A DNA stretch of 64,000 bases from an uncultured delta proteobacterium (GCA_963810935.1 CAWEPK010000010.1:96001-160000); one strand, 5' to 3'; counted from the first letter of the stretch, positions 29,638 through 39,946 are shown. Translations and numbers: made by a program. The notes: generated from the letters alone by a model not told the origin.

Positions 29638-32229
29638 CTACCCCCTATTTTTGTCCTTCCTTGGAAAGAGACCGCACTGAAAGCATCGGTCGGCTTCCGC
29701 CTGCGCCGCCAGCTCCGTAAAACCGAGCTCGACTTCGGCAAAACAGCCTGTTCTGCTTTCTGCCGGCAGGCTAAGCATATTCTGGCGCTCACGCTTCCTG
29801 AACCTCTCTGTCTCTACGTCTTCAATCGGTATGGCAGCCGGTGAGGGATCATCGTAATCGAGCGGTTCGCCTCGCAAAAACCTGTCTACTCCGATTGCGG
29901 CCTTCTGCCCTGCCGCCACTGCCTCTATTACCGTCGCCGGCCCCGTTACGACGTCGCCGCACGCGAATATTCCGGCGACATTGGTGACCTTCGAACACTT
30001 ATGGGTGACGAGGCAGCCATTCGCGTCCGTCACAAACTTCCCTCCGCCGAGTGAAGAGACGTCGGGCGCCTCTCCGATGGCGATTATCAACGCATCGGCA
30101 GGGATTTCAAACTCCGAGCCTTGTACCGGCACCGGCCTTCTCCTCCCGCTTCCATCCTCTTCGCCAAGCTCCGTTCTGACGCACCGAAGCCCGGTCAATT
30201 TTTCGCCGTTTCCGATTGCCTTAACCGGCGCAGCAAGATAGACGATCTCTATCCCTTCCGCTTGAGCCGCCTCTATCTCTTCAGGATATGCCGGCATTTC
30301 GTCTCTCGATCTCCGATATAAAATCTTGATTTCCTTTGCCCCCAGCCGCCAGGCAGACCTTGCGGCATCGATAGCAGCGTTTCCGCCTCCCACGACAACC
30401 ACCCTCTCCCCTACGCGCGGGGAAGCACCTAAATTGACATCCTTCAGGAACGGGACGGCATGGAGAACGCCCACCAGGTCTTCGCCATCGATTCCGAGAC
30501 CGACGCTCTTGTTCGTGCCCGTTGCAAGGACTATTGCCTTGTAGCCTTCATCCCAAAGACTGTCCAGATCGGAACTGTTGCTGCCGATAGGCTTGTTCAA
30601 CCGTATCTCGACCCCGTATTTCCTGATATTGTCGATCTCAGCCCTGACGATGCCCTTTGGAAGGCGGTATTCGGGAATACCCATCATCAGCATGCCGCCG
30701 GGCACGGCAGATGCCTCAAATACGGTAACTCCGTAGCCCAGCCTGGCAAGGTAAAAACCTGCCGATAGGCCCGCCGGCCCGGACCCCACAACCGCCACCC
30801 TTTCTTCCCGCGTTCGGGGAAAGGCTGCAATCTCGCTCCTCGGTCTTCTCAAGTCAACCCTGTCGGCCACAAAACGCTTCAAGCCGTTTATGGCGACCGC
30901 CTTATCAAAAGCAGCCCGGTTGCATGAACCTTCGCATGGCCGGGGACAGACCCGGCCTACAGATGCAGGCAAGGGGACCTTGTCCTCGATCACGGCCAGG
31001 GCCTTCTCGTACTGCCCCTGGGCGGCGTAATCGATGTAGCTCCTGATGTCGATTCCCGCCGGACATGCGGCTCTGCACGGCGGTGTCAGAAGCCACGGCT
31101 CGGGCGCGTTCAACGCCCCTTTCGGCCATTCTATGCATACTACTGTCTCGTACCTCTCATCCGATTCGCTGCAGTAGCCGCATGCCGCACATTTAACGAT
31201 CTCGTCGTCCCGTCCTTCTCTTGCTTTTACGGGCCAGTCGGGATCGGCGAAGAGCGTCCTCGCCATGCCAACAATATCCGCTCTTCCCTGCCCGACGATT
31301 TCTTCCGCAAGGTCCGGCATCCTGATTTTGCCCGCGCAGACGACAGGTACGTCGTATCCTTCTTCTCTTATGGCCTCTCGCACGCCTTGCGCCAGGTAAA
31401 CCTGCACGCCGTCCCTGTTCCACCAGCGAGGGCTCATTCTGTAGCCGCTGTAACCCGTGCCTGCAAAGGGCGGGAAATTAGGCGGAGGAGGATCGGCGTC
31501 CTCGACCCTCTCACCCGCCGAGATGCTCATATAGTCTATGCCGAGCGCGGCCATGCGTCTGGCGATGCGCGCGCTCTGCAGCAGGGTATTCCCCTCTTTG
31601 GTAAACTCTTCGCCGAGCATCCTCATGCCGACCGTATAGTCCGGTCCGACGGCTTTTTTCGTTGCCATCACCACTTCGGTGGGCAGTTTGACTCGTCCCT
31701 CGAAGTCCCCCCCGTATTCATCCTGCCTCTTGTTAACTAGGGAGAGAAAAGACGCCAGGGTCGTAAAATGGGCCATGTGGAGCTCGACAAAGTCAAAGCC
31801 GGCCGACCTGGCTCGCACGGCCGCCTCGGCGAACTGTGCCGGTATGATCCCTATCTCTTCAGGCTTCAGGTCCTCCACCTTCTGCCGCCAGCCGCTTCTC
31901 GCTACTTTCAGAAAATGGATGAGCTGAAGGCCGATCTTCGTATCCCCGTTTACCTTCCTGATCTCCCTGACGAACGCCCGGATCTCTTCAATGAACTCGT
32001 CGTCGCTGATGCGGATATTGAAGGAGCTTCTGGATGGGAGGACTACCGCCGCTTCCACAACTATCGAGCCGACGCCGCCTGCCGCCAGCCTCCTGTACCT
32101 GTCTATGATGTTCTGCGTTATGTGGCCGTCCTCGGTCGCAAGCCTGGTGACCGCTGCCGTAGACATGATACGGTTGGGAAAGACGCAGGCCCCGACCTTA
32201 ACCGGCGAAAAGAGTTTCGCGTATTTCAT
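29638..32229 (-). CDS. Fusion of an Old Yellow Enzyme-type FMN barrel and a GltD/NfnB-like Fe-S/FAD NAD(P)H oxidoreductase
   Basis: N-terminal LFSP..G...PNRI, AGFDFVELH.AH, NKRQDEYGG; C-terminal PCRAACP, GRVCPRPCEGSC, GSGPAGL, GIPEYRLP, GGGNAAID, EADRCFQC. Confidence 0.9.
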   Translation of the reverse strand: MKYAKLFSPVKVGACVFPNRIMSTAAVTRLATEDGHITQNIIDRYRRLAAGGVGSIVVEAAVVLPSRSSFNIRISDDEFIEEIRAFVREIRKVNGDTKIGLQLIHFLKVARSGWRQKVEDLKPEEIGIIPAQFAEAAVRARSAGFDFVELHMAHFTTLASFLSLVNKRQDEYGGDFEGRVKLPTEVVMATKKAVGPDYTVGMRMLGEEFTKEGNTLLQSARIARRMAALGIDYMSISAGERVEDADPPPPNFPPFAGTGYSGYRMSPRWWNRDGVQVYLAQGVREAIREEGYDVPVVCAGKIRMPDLAEEIVGQGRADIVGMARTLFADPDWPVKAREGRDDEIVKCAACGYCSESDERYETVVCIEWPKGALNAPEPWLLTPPCRAACPAGIDIRSYIDYAAQGQYEKALAVIEDKVPLPASVGRVCPRPCEGSCNRAAFDKAVAINGLKRFVADRVDLRRPRSEIAAFPRTREERVAVVGSGPAGLSAGFYLARLGYGVTVFEASAVPGGMLMMGIPEYRLPKGIVRAEIDNIRKYGVEIRLNKPIGSNSSDLDSLWDEGYKAIVLATGTNKSVGLGIDGEDLVGVLHAVPFLKDVNLGASPRVGERVVVVGGGNAAIDAARSAWRLGAKEIKILYRRSRDEMPAYPEEIEAAQAEGIEIVYLAAPVKAIGNGEKLTGLRCVRTELGEEDGSGRRRPVPVQGSEFEIPADALIIAIGEAPDVSSLGGGKFVTDANGCLVTHKCSKVTNVAGIFACGDVVTGPATVIEAVAAGQKAAIGVDRFLRGEPLDYDDPSPAAIPIEDVETERFRKRERQNMLSLPAESRTGCFAEVELGFTELAAQAEADRCFQCGLFPRKDKNRG

Positions 32230-32244
32230 GGTCGCATCTCCTGT

Positions 32245-34554
32245 CTACTTTATCTTCTCTTCAAGGAGCCGAAGCATCCTGTCCGGCGTGATGGGAACTT
32301 CGTACGCCCACACACCCGTCGCATCGTGTATTGCATTCGATATCGCGCCGTGAAGGCCGCACCCGAACCCGAGGGATCCTTCCTTTGCGCCGTAAGGACC
32401 GTCCGGATCGGGGATGCCGAGAAAATGCACGTCTATTTCGGGAGTTTCGTTTGCCGTCGGCACCTTATAGGTCCTGAACGTGCTTGTCAGCTTCCTCCCC
32501 GTTTTCCGGTCCCATACGTTCCTCTCGCTCAGGCCCTGCCCCAGCATGAAGTTAATGTGGCCGTACATGTTGCCCTTGACGAGCAGCGGGTTCAGCACCG
32601 TGCCGCAGTCATTGACCGCCACTATCTTCTCTATCTTTATCCGGCCGGTGCCCGGATCGATTTCCAGTTCCACGCTGGTGGTGCCGAAGGAGTAGGCCGT
32701 TACTTTCTGGCCGTAGGTCTTCTCGTTATAGGGCTCTTTGATGTCTATGCCGAAGTCGGAGTAGTCGATCCTCGCCCGGTAATCGCCGAACCCGAAGATC
32801 GGTTTCCCTCTCTTGAAGGCCGTCCGGCACACTTCGCCGATCTTCACCCCTCTTCCTTTTCCAATCCTTCGCTTCACGAAGAATTCCTTGCCTCTCATCT
32901 CGACCTCATCGGCGGAGACATCGAGGATATCACCGGCTATCTCGAGGAGGCGCCTTTTGGCGTCCTGGGCAGCCCTCTTTACGGCGTTTGCCGAAACGAC
33001 GGTGGCGGACATGGAATAGTTCCCCGGGTCCTGATAACAGAGCTCGGTATCGCCGTAGCATAGCTTGATGTCTTTCATGTCTATGCCGATCTCCTCGGAG
33101 GCAATCTGGGTGAACATCGTCTGATTGCCCTGGCCGAGGTCACAGTTTCCGGTAAAAACCGTACAGCTTCCGTCGTCGTTGAATTTTATGAAGGAGGTCG
33201 AGCCGCTGCGGAAGCCCATGTAGAACATGGACTGCATATTCCCGGAGCCTATGCCGATCCCGCGCATCGGCCCCATCTTGCCCCTCTTCTCCTTCCAGCC
33301 CGATTTTTCCGCGGCCATGACGATGCTTTCGCTCAAGCCCGTGCTGGTCACAACCGATTTTGATGGAACGACCTCGTTGGGGAGCACCGCGTTCTTCAGC
33401 CTCAATTCGATGGGATCGATGCCTAAGACCTCGCTCATCTGGTCGAAGCAGACATCCATCGACATCGGGCCGACGTGGGCGCGGGTCCGCATCATGGAGC
33501 TGATAGTCTTGTTCGTATAGATCAGATCCGCATGGTACCTGTAATTAGGCGCGCGCCACAATACCTCATCGATAAGGAGAGGCACCCACAGCTCGACAAT
33601 GGCGCTGCTTGCATAAGCCCCGCATTCAAGCACCATGCGGATGTCCCTGCCCGTTATCGTCCCATCCTTCTTGAAGCCCACTTTGATCGTCCAGACCTTT
33701 GAGGCTTTGTCCCTCATGCAGTCTTCGACCTCTTCACGGGTCATCTTGACCTGGACGGGCCTGCCTGCCTTGCGCGAAAGGAGGCATGCTATAAAAGCCC
33801 CGGGAGGCGTATCCGATCTCCCTCCGTGGGCGCCGCCCATCGGCAGCGAGTGGAGGCGCACATCGCTCGGCGATACCTTGAGCGTGTTGCTGAGGCCCTG
33901 ACGGGTCTGGAAAGGGCATTGCGTTTGCAGCCAGAGGTTAAATTTCCCGGAAGGCTCGTAGCTGGCGATGGCAGTGAAAGGCTCCGGCAGGCCATGGCTG
34001 GCTACGTCACATGTAAACGTCTTCTCCCAGACATAGTCGCTGCCCTTCAATGCCTCTTCCACGTTCCCCTCGTCCACCAGGTAACGGGCAGCGAGGTTCC
34101 CCTGCCTGTGCTCATGGACAAGAGGCGCCCCTTCCTTTACCGCGTCTTCCGCCGTCAAAACGTAGGGAAGCGGCTCGTACTCCACCTTGATGAGATCGGC
34201 CGCTTCTTCCGCAGTGTCTTCGTCCACTGCGGCCACGGCGGCAACTTCTTCCCCCATGTATCTGACCTTCTCGTAAGGAAGGAGGATGTGGTCCCTCGTA
34301 TGAGGTATGATACCGAATACGCCGCCCCTCGGCGTATCATTAATTCCTGTCACCACCGCTTTCACACCAGGCAGCTTTTCAGCGGCGCTCGTATCAATAC
34401 TTAAGATCTTAGCATGCGGGTGTGGGCTGCGCACTACCTTTGCGTACAGCATCCCGGACAGCACCATGTCCGTCGCATACTTTGCCCTGCCGAGGGCCTT
34501 ATCTGCCGAGTCGATCCTCGGCAAGTTCTTTCCGATCAGGCTTTCCCTGCTCAT
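32245..34554 (-). CDS. Xanthine dehydrogenase-family Mo-binding large subunit (HcrA-like, atypical)
   Basis: RSPHPHAKI, KVRYMGEEVAAVAA, DLGQG, DCGTVLNP, YKVPT, GPYGAKE. Confidence 0.92.
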   Translation of the reverse strand: MSRESLIGKNLPRIDSADKALGRAKYATDMVLSGMLYAKVVRSPHPHAKILSIDTSAAEKLPGVKAVVTGINDTPRGGVFGIIPHTRDHILLPYEKVRYMGEEVAAVAAVDEDTAEEAADLIKVEYEPLPYVLTAEDAVKEGAPLVHEHRQGNLAARYLVDEGNVEEALKGSDYVWEKTFTCDVASHGLPEPFTAIASYEPSGKFNLWLQTQCPFQTRQGLSNTLKVSPSDVRLHSLPMGGAHGGRSDTPPGAFIACLLSRKAGRPVQVKMTREEVEDCMRDKASKVWTIKVGFKKDGTITGRDIRMVLECGAYASSAIVELWVPLLIDEVLWRAPNYRYHADLIYTNKTISSMMRTRAHVGPMSMDVCFDQMSEVLGIDPIELRLKNAVLPNEVVPSKSVVTSTGLSESIVMAAEKSGWKEKRGKMGPMRGIGIGSGNMQSMFYMGFRSGSTSFIKFNDDGSCTVFTGNCDLGQGNQTMFTQIASEEIGIDMKDIKLCYGDTELCYQDPGNYSMSATVVSANAVKRAAQDAKRRLLEIAGDILDVSADEVEMRGKEFFVKRRIGKGRGVKIGEVCRTAFKRGKPIFGFGDYRARIDYSDFGIDIKEPYNEKTYGQKVTAYSFGTTSVELEIDPGTGRIKIEKIVAVNDCGTVLNPLLVKGNMYGHINFMLGQGLSERNVWDRKTGRKLTSTFRTYKVPTANETPEIDVHFLGIPDPDGPYGAKEGSLGFGCGLHGAISNAIHDATGVWAYEVPITPDRMLRLLEEKIK

Positions 34555-35030
34555 TTGTCACCCTCCATCTCTTTCGCTGCGGCCTGAATGGCCTCGATAA
34601 TCTGGACGTAACCCGTGCAGCGGCAAACATGATTAGAGATCGCTTCCTTAACCTGATCGACGTTGGGGCGGGGATTCCTATCGAGGAGCGCCTTGGCCGA
34701 CATAATGAACCCTGGGCTGCAGTAGCCGCATTGTATGGCTCCGTACTCGACGAAGGCTTTCTGAATCGGATGCAACTGATACCCTTCTTTCGCCAGACCT
34801 TCGATCGTAACAATATCATTGCCGTTCGCTTCAACGGCCAGCATCATGCAGGAGAGCACCGCCTTGCCGTCCATGGATACCGTGCATCCCCCGCAGTCGC
34901 CTTTATTGCACATTTCCTTCGTGCCGGTCAATCCAAGCTGCTCCCTGAGGACCTCGAGGAGCGTCCTACGGCTGTCAACCTGTAATCTATACATATCGCC
35001 GTTCACTTTAAGCTCTATGTCGTGTTTCAT
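34551..35030 (-). CDS. (2Fe-2S)-binding small subunit
   Basis: GTKEMCNKGDCGGCTV, QCGYCSPG, CRCTGY; start MKHDIELKVNG at 35030. Confidence 0.93.
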   Translation of the reverse strand: MKHDIELKVNGDMYRLQVDSRRTLLEVLREQLGLTGTKEMCNKGDCGGCTVSMDGKAVLSCMMLAVEANGNDIVTIEGLAKEGYQLHPIQKAFVEYGAIQCGYCSPGFIMSAKALLDRNPRPNVDQVKEAISNHVCRCTGYVQIIEAIQAAAKEMEGDK

Positions 35031-35043
35031 TTCGCTACCCTCC

Positions 35044-35904
35044 TTAAACCCCTGCGGCTTCTTTGATAGCCCTCTCGACCATTGTCTTGAGCACCTTCGT
35101 CTTGTATTCCGCCGTAAACATGACGTCGGCTCCGGTATGGCCTTCCTTTGCCGCCTCATCAGCCGCCTTTTCGACGAGGGCCGCCGTGACCGGATGGCCT
35201 TTCATAAGTTCCTCCGCGCTCTTCGCTCTCATGGTCGGCAGGGTCACGCCGCCAAGGCCGATGGTGATATCCTTGCACGTTTTTCCATCCATCGTAATGG
35301 CGACTGAAGCGGACACGGTTGCATAGTCGAAGCGTTCTCTCATGGCAAACTTTTTGTAGCCCGTCCTGGTGCCCTGCGCCGACGGCGGTACGCGGAAGCT
35401 AATCAAAAGGTCATCACCCTTCATCTCTTTGTGGAGGTCCTCTACCTGAACGGCTCTCTCGCCTGCTTCCGTCACCAGCACGGCTTCCGCCTTCACCGCA
35501 ATGAGGGCCGGGATCGTTTCGGAGGTCGAGAAGCGCACGGCCACGTTGCCTCCAATCGTCCCCATGTTCCGGATCTGGGGTGTGCCAAGCATGCCGCATA
35601 CGGTGGTAAGTAACGGGCAACGGGCGTTTACGTCAGGCGAATCGGCTATGGTCTGGAGTAAGGCCATACTGCCTATCTCCAGACCTTTACGCTTGTCGAA
35701 GCCGACGGTATCCAAACCAGCGACGCCTTTCAGACCGATGACAAAGGGACGCACTGCAATCCGGTCCTTCATCTGCTGCAGGGCGATGGTGCCGCCCGCG
35801 AAGAGCCTGGCGCTGCCCGTGTGCTGCCTAAGCAGGGACAGAACTTCGCTGACGCTTTTCGGCGCCAGGTAGTCGAACTTCGGTAGTCTCCTGTAATAAG
35901 TCAT
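35044..35904 (-). CDS. FAD-binding medium subunit (CoxM/XdhB type)
   Basis: FAGGT, QIRNMGTIGGN; no Cys-rich 4Fe-4S insert. Confidence 0.92.
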   Translation of the reverse strand: MTYYRRLPKFDYLAPKSVSEVLSLLRQHTGSARLFAGGTIALQQMKDRIAVRPFVIGLKGVAGLDTVGFDKRKGLEIGSMALLQTIADSPDVNARCPLLTTVCGMLGTPQIRNMGTIGGNVAVRFSTSETIPALIAVKAEAVLVTEAGERAVQVEDLHKEMKGDDLLISFRVPPSAQGTRTGYKKFAMRERFDYATVSASVAITMDGKTCKDITIGLGGVTLPTMRAKSAEELMKGHPVTAALVEKAADEAAKEGHTGADVMFTAEYKTKVLKTMVERAIKEAAGV

Positions 35905-35936
35905 CGCTCACTCCTTTCGGTATCTTTCTGTTGCTC

Positions 35937-37589
35937 TTACCCCTGATCCTTCCAGCCCATCAGCTTTCTTATGTCCTCCCGAAGCACCTTCTTGTCCGGC
36001 TTGCCTATGTTAGTGAGAGGAATGGTATCGACAAATTCGATCCTCTCCGGCAACTGGAGCATGGAAGCGCCGCGGGCCTTAAGAAATGCGATGGTCTCGT
36101 CGAAGGTGGCGCTTGCGCCGGCCTTGCGCTGGACATACGCGCATATACGTTCCCCCAGCACCTTATCCGGCATACCTATAACCGCGGCCGAGTCGATGTC
36201 CGGGTGCCCGCTAAGGAGGTTCTCGATCTCCACTGCGCTTATCTTCTCGCCGCCCCGGTTTATGATGTCTTTGATCCTTCCGGTTATATACACATAGCCC
36301 CGTTCGTCCTTCCTGGCGAGATCGCCCGTGCGAAAGAATCCGTCTTTCGTGAACACATTCTCGTTGTCTTCCGACCGGAAGTAGCCGGTAAAGATTCCCG
36401 GCCCTTTCGACACCAGCTCGCCTTCCCGGCCCTGGGGCAGCTCATAGCCGTTGCCGTCGACGATTTTCAACGTGTCGTAGGGACAGATGGGCTTGCCGAC
36501 GCTGTAGCAGATCGTCTCGATGTCGTCCTCGGTCCTCGTGGCCGCGCACGTACCTTCCACCGAGCCGAGCCCGTTGTGATATTTACATCCGATTTTCGTC
36601 CAGACCGCCTTCACCAGATCAGGGGTGCTCGGCGCGCCGCCGACCGATATTTTTTTCAGAGAGCTGAGGTCATAACGGCTAAGGTCATCGAGGTTCACGA
36701 TTCGCGTAATAATAGCCGGCACGGAAGGAACGGCGGTTACCTGCTCTCTCGCGATGGTCTCACAGATGTCTTCCGGCTGGGTCGAATCGAGCAGCACAAG
36801 TTTCGCGCGGTTGAAAAATGCGCCGCCGATACCCCAGTGCATCGCCATGCCGTGGCCTACCGGCGTAATGACCAGGAGGGTGTCGTTCGACGTAATTTCC
36901 CACGCTCTCGCGTGGTATTCGATGTTGCACAAATAGTCATTGTGAGTCCTGGGGCTCGCCTTCGGCATTCCTGTGGTGCCGCCTGTGGGCATTATCTGGC
37001 ATACATCCATGGGATCGGGTCTTCTGTCCCTGATTGCCCGGATGGCCGCCTCATTCAGCTCGGTCTCTTCGATCAATTCTTCCATGCTTTCCGACTTGCC
37101 GGCCCATTCGCCCCTAACCGTTACAACATGCTTCAATTGAGGGTTGTGGGCCAGGACACTGTCCACGATGGGCTCGTAGTCAATCTTTCCGTACCGCGTT
37201 GGAAGTATCCATCCCTTTGCCGCGGTCAATCCGGCAAAATGGTTGATCTCTATCTGATTGTGACGCGGTATGAGCAGGACGGCGACGGCGCCGATTTTCT
37301 GAAGAGCGAAAAAGGAGAAGATATACTCATGCCAATTAGGCAGTTGTATCATGACCCGATCGCCCTTCTCGATGCCGCGCCCAATTAAACCGGCTGCCAG
37401 CCGGTCCACCTTGTCTCTGAGCTCCGCGTACGTGTAGCGGGCAATATCGTCCACGAGGCCCACCTTGCCGGGGTAGAGGTCGGTCGCCTTGTCGAACAAG
37501 TCGCCCCACGTAATGCCGAGCCACCACCTGAGCCTGTTGTACCTTTCCGCATCCCCAGGATCGTAGGGAGTAAACCCTTCCAGTTTCAT
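35937..37589 (-). CDS. Aryl-acid adenylating enzyme / CoA ligase (DhbE-like)
   Basis: TGGTTGMPKASPRTHNDY, GSVEG, FRTGD, GRIKDIINRGGEKI, LPERIE...IGKPDKK. Confidence 0.88.
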   Translation of the reverse strand: MKLEGFTPYDPGDAERYNRLRWWLGITWGDLFDKATDLYPGKVGLVDDIARYTYAELRDKVDRLAAGLIGRGIEKGDRVMIQLPNWHEYIFSFFALQKIGAVAVLLIPRHNQIEINHFAGLTAAKGWILPTRYGKIDYEPIVDSVLAHNPQLKHVVTVRGEWAGKSESMEELIEETELNEAAIRAIRDRRPDPMDVCQIMPTGGTTGMPKASPRTHNDYLCNIEYHARAWEITSNDTLLVITPVGHGMAMHWGIGGAFFNRAKLVLLDSTQPEDICETIAREQVTAVPSVPAIITRIVNLDDLSRYDLSSLKKISVGGAPSTPDLVKAVWTKIGCKYHNGLGSVEGTCAATRTEDDIETICYSVGKPICPYDTLKIVDGNGYELPQGREGELVSKGPGIFTGYFRSEDNENVFTKDGFFRTGDLARKDERGYVYITGRIKDIINRGGEKISAVEIENLLSGHPDIDSAAVIGMPDKVLGERICAYVQRKAGASATFDETIAFLKARGASMLQLPERIEFVDTIPLTNIGKPDKKVLREDIRKLMGWKDQG

Positions 37590-37634
37590 ATCTCGACCTC
37601 GTTATAATGTCATAATGTAATATCGGTATGTTGT

Positions 37635-37664
37635 ATTGTAAAAATATTGTTAGGCAGATGTCAA
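37635..37664 (-). promoter_or_regulatory. Sigma70-type promoter for the ligase operon
   Basis: Minus strand TTGACA-18 nt-TACAAT, followed by ACATTATGACATTATA repeats ahead of the RBS. Confidence 0.55.
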
Positions 37665-37796
37665 GATATTTCTTGCTTGGTTATGGCGGGTAATAGCGTG
37701 CTGTAGAAGGGAATAACGGCTGCATCGGGTCTGCCCCGTTGCCTGAAATGTATCCGGGCGGCAGATCGGGTTATCCTGGAACGCGAACACAATTAT

Positions 37797-38594
37797 CTAT
37801 CTTGCTGAAGCGTCCCTCAGGCCTAGTTCGTTTGAAATGAGCTTTGCCGTTTCCTCGAGTTTTCCGACTACCTGTCCCGCGCCTTCTTCCGGGACGCGGA
37901 ATTCCTGCAACGAGGCGCCTAAAGCCGCAACGACATTCCCTGCCGCTCCAAAGAGGGGAACGCCGATCTGCATTACACCGTCAAAGAACTCGCCTCGCTC
38001 TAAGGAGTAGCCCCGTTGTCTCGTTTCTTTCAGCTCTGCCTCGACCTCCCTCGATCGCGTCCTTGTTCTTTCCGTATGCTTTCTTATCGGGTATTGCTGG
38101 AGCAGTCTCTTCTTGTCCGCAGCATCCAGGAAGGCGAGCAGGGTAATACCCAGAAACGTTTCCGTAGGCGGCATCTTAACGCCCAGATACGAAGGAATTT
38201 TGAGGATGCTGTCTCCTTCCCTCTTGTCGATGTAGGAAAACTGGTCGTCGATGATAACGCCCACGAGTATTGTGGCCTTCAAGGCCCGGGCAACTGCGTC
38301 GAGGTAAGGCGAGGCGGACTTTCGAACCGACGTGGAGCTGTGCACGACCCCTCCGAGGTCCAGGAACCTCAGGCCTAGCCTGTACAGACGCTCTTCGCGG
38401 TCATACCTGATGTAGCCGTTCTTCTCCATGGTCCGCAGAATCCGGAAGACCGTGGACTTATCGAGGGAGGTCCTCTTAGTCAGCTCATCGAGCGTAAAGG
38501 CGTTCTCGTGCCGCGAATAGTTGTCCAGTATCTTTATGGCCTTTTCCAGGACCTTTACCACGTATTTTTCATGTTGGACGCCGGTCTTAATCAT
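37797..38594 (-). CDS. IclR-family transcriptional regulator
   Basis: VLEKAIKILD...LDKSTVFRILRTM...YRLGLR; RGYSLE.GE....V..IGVP. Confidence 0.93.
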   Translation of the reverse strand: MIKTGVQHEKYVVKVLEKAIKILDNYSRHENAFTLDELTKRTSLDKSTVFRILRTMEKNGYIRYDREERLYRLGLRFLDLGGVVHSSTSVRKSASPYLDAVARALKATILVGVIIDDQFSYIDKREGDSILKIPSYLGVKMPPTETFLGITLLAFLDAADKKRLLQQYPIRKHTERTRTRSREVEAELKETRQRGYSLERGEFFDGVMQIGVPLFGAAGNVVAALGASLQEFRVPEEGAGQVVGKLEETAKLISNELGLRDASAR

Positions 38595-38743
38595 CTACCT
38601 CTTCCAATCGAGCTTCAACAAAAACATTACACGTTATATACGTGGAAATCAAGCGCTTCAGACGACTTGCTTACATAATTATACAAACGCCGGCTCGGAA
38701 ACAAAAGTAGAAACTTTTTTGCTTCTCTAGGATCGGCAGGAAA

Positions 38744-38791
38744 GGGGCCGGCTGAAGGGTTCCCTTAGGAGATGTACCTTCAGCCGGCCCC
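38744..38791 (-). terminator. Hairpin terminator after dctP
   Basis: 15-bp perfect stem GGGGCCGGCTGAAGG / CCTTCAGCCGGCCCC. Confidence 0.65.
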
Positions 38792-38807
38792 ACTATTCTT
38801 AGGCGCA

Positions 38808-39875
38808 CTACTCAGACTTGTAGGGAGTGGGAACTTTCAAATCCTTTTCCTTGGCTGCCCAATAAGCCAGGCGTTCCCTGATGAACTGAAAGTGCCCATC
38901 GACCTCTGACGCCTTCAATCCTTTGCCGATCATGTCCTTCTTATAGTCCAGGAAAACGGGATCGACCGCCTTCTTCCATTTTTGTCCTTCTTGCTGGCTC
39001 AAGTATATGACCTCTCCGCCGCTCTTTTTGAAGTATTCGATGGATTCGCGGTCTATATTGTTCCAGACCCTGCCCTGTTTCTCGGCCCATTCGGCGGCTA
39101 CGTCCGTAAATACCTTTTGGATATCCGGGGGGAGGCTGTTCCACTTTGCCTTATTCATGACGACATAGAAAGTGAAAACACTTCCGACCTGCAGAGGCGC
39201 AGTCGCGTATTTCACTATGTCGCCCAACTTGTAGCCCATGATCTGCTCGAATGGACCGTACGAGCCTTGAACGACCCCCTTGTTGAGAGATTCATATATG
39301 TCTGCCATTTCGACCGGCATAGCCGTACCGCCAAGGGCGTTCACGATGTCTGCGACCCGGCTTACTGCCCTGAGCTTGACGCCTCTCATGTCTTCCAGTC
39401 TCTTCACCGCTGTCTTGGAGGTATAAGCCACGTTGGGTCCGCAAGCGTGAAAGTAGAGGACATGGACGGCGTCGAAATCCTTCGGCTTGAAATTATTGTA
39501 AAAATCGTTGGCAACATGACTGGCGACCCATCCGCTCGGAAAACCGAAGGGCAGGTCCATGGCTTCCATAGCCGGGAAGCGGCCCCTTGTGGCCGCGAGG
39601 TTTGCAAGTCCTATGTCGGCAACGCCGGTGCTCACCGCCTGGAACATCTTCGGATGGGTCGCCAGAGTTCCTCCCGGGAAGTAAGCGATCTCGACACGGC
39701 CGTTGGTCCGCTTCTTCATCTCCTCGCAGAATTGCGCGGCAGTCTCGGCATTCCTGTGAGATGGATGGTAATAGTTCGCGAATTTCATCTTGATCGGACC
39801 TGCGGCAAACAAGTGAGAGCTCAGGCCCAGCAGCAGAGCAAAAGCCAAGAGCATACATAACGCTTTTCCTTTCAT
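38808..39875 (-). CDS. dctP: TRAP transporter substrate-binding protein
   Basis: Signal peptide MKGKALCMLLAFALLLG at 39875; RTNGRVEIAYFPGGTL, GRFP, DMRGVKLR, FYVVMNKAKWNSLPPD. Confidence 0.92.
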   Translation of the reverse strand: MKGKALCMLLAFALLLGLSSHLFAAGPIKMKFANYYHPSHRNAETAAQFCEEMKKRTNGRVEIAYFPGGTLATHPKMFQAVSTGVADIGLANLAATRGRFPAMEAMDLPFGFPSGWVASHVANDFYNNFKPKDFDAVHVLYFHACGPNVAYTSKTAVKRLEDMRGVKLRAVSRVADIVNALGGTAMPVEMADIYESLNKGVVQGSYGPFEQIMGYKLGDIVKYATAPLQVGSVFTFYVVMNKAKWNSLPPDIQKVFTDVAAEWAEKQGRVWNNIDRESIEYFKKSGGEVIYLSQQEGQKWKKAVDPVFLDYKKDMIGKGLKASEVDGHFQFIRERLAYWAAKEKDLKVPTPYKSE

Positions 39876-39946
39876 TCTAACGGCCCTCCTTTTTGATTGT
39901 TTTCCTTCGAGCAAGGCATCCTTTGCAGCGGGGTCCTGCCTTTCCA

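Noticed and set aside
32245..35904. Canonical 4-hydroxybenzoyl-CoA reductase HcrCAB
   Set aside because: The FAD subunit lacks the 4Fe-4S insert and the large-subunit motifs diverge
18746..37388. Long antisense ORFs (e.g. 19513..20691, 24152..25306, 31768..33063, 35931..37388)
   Set aside because: Shadow frames of well-supported genes in GC-rich DNA, with no motifs
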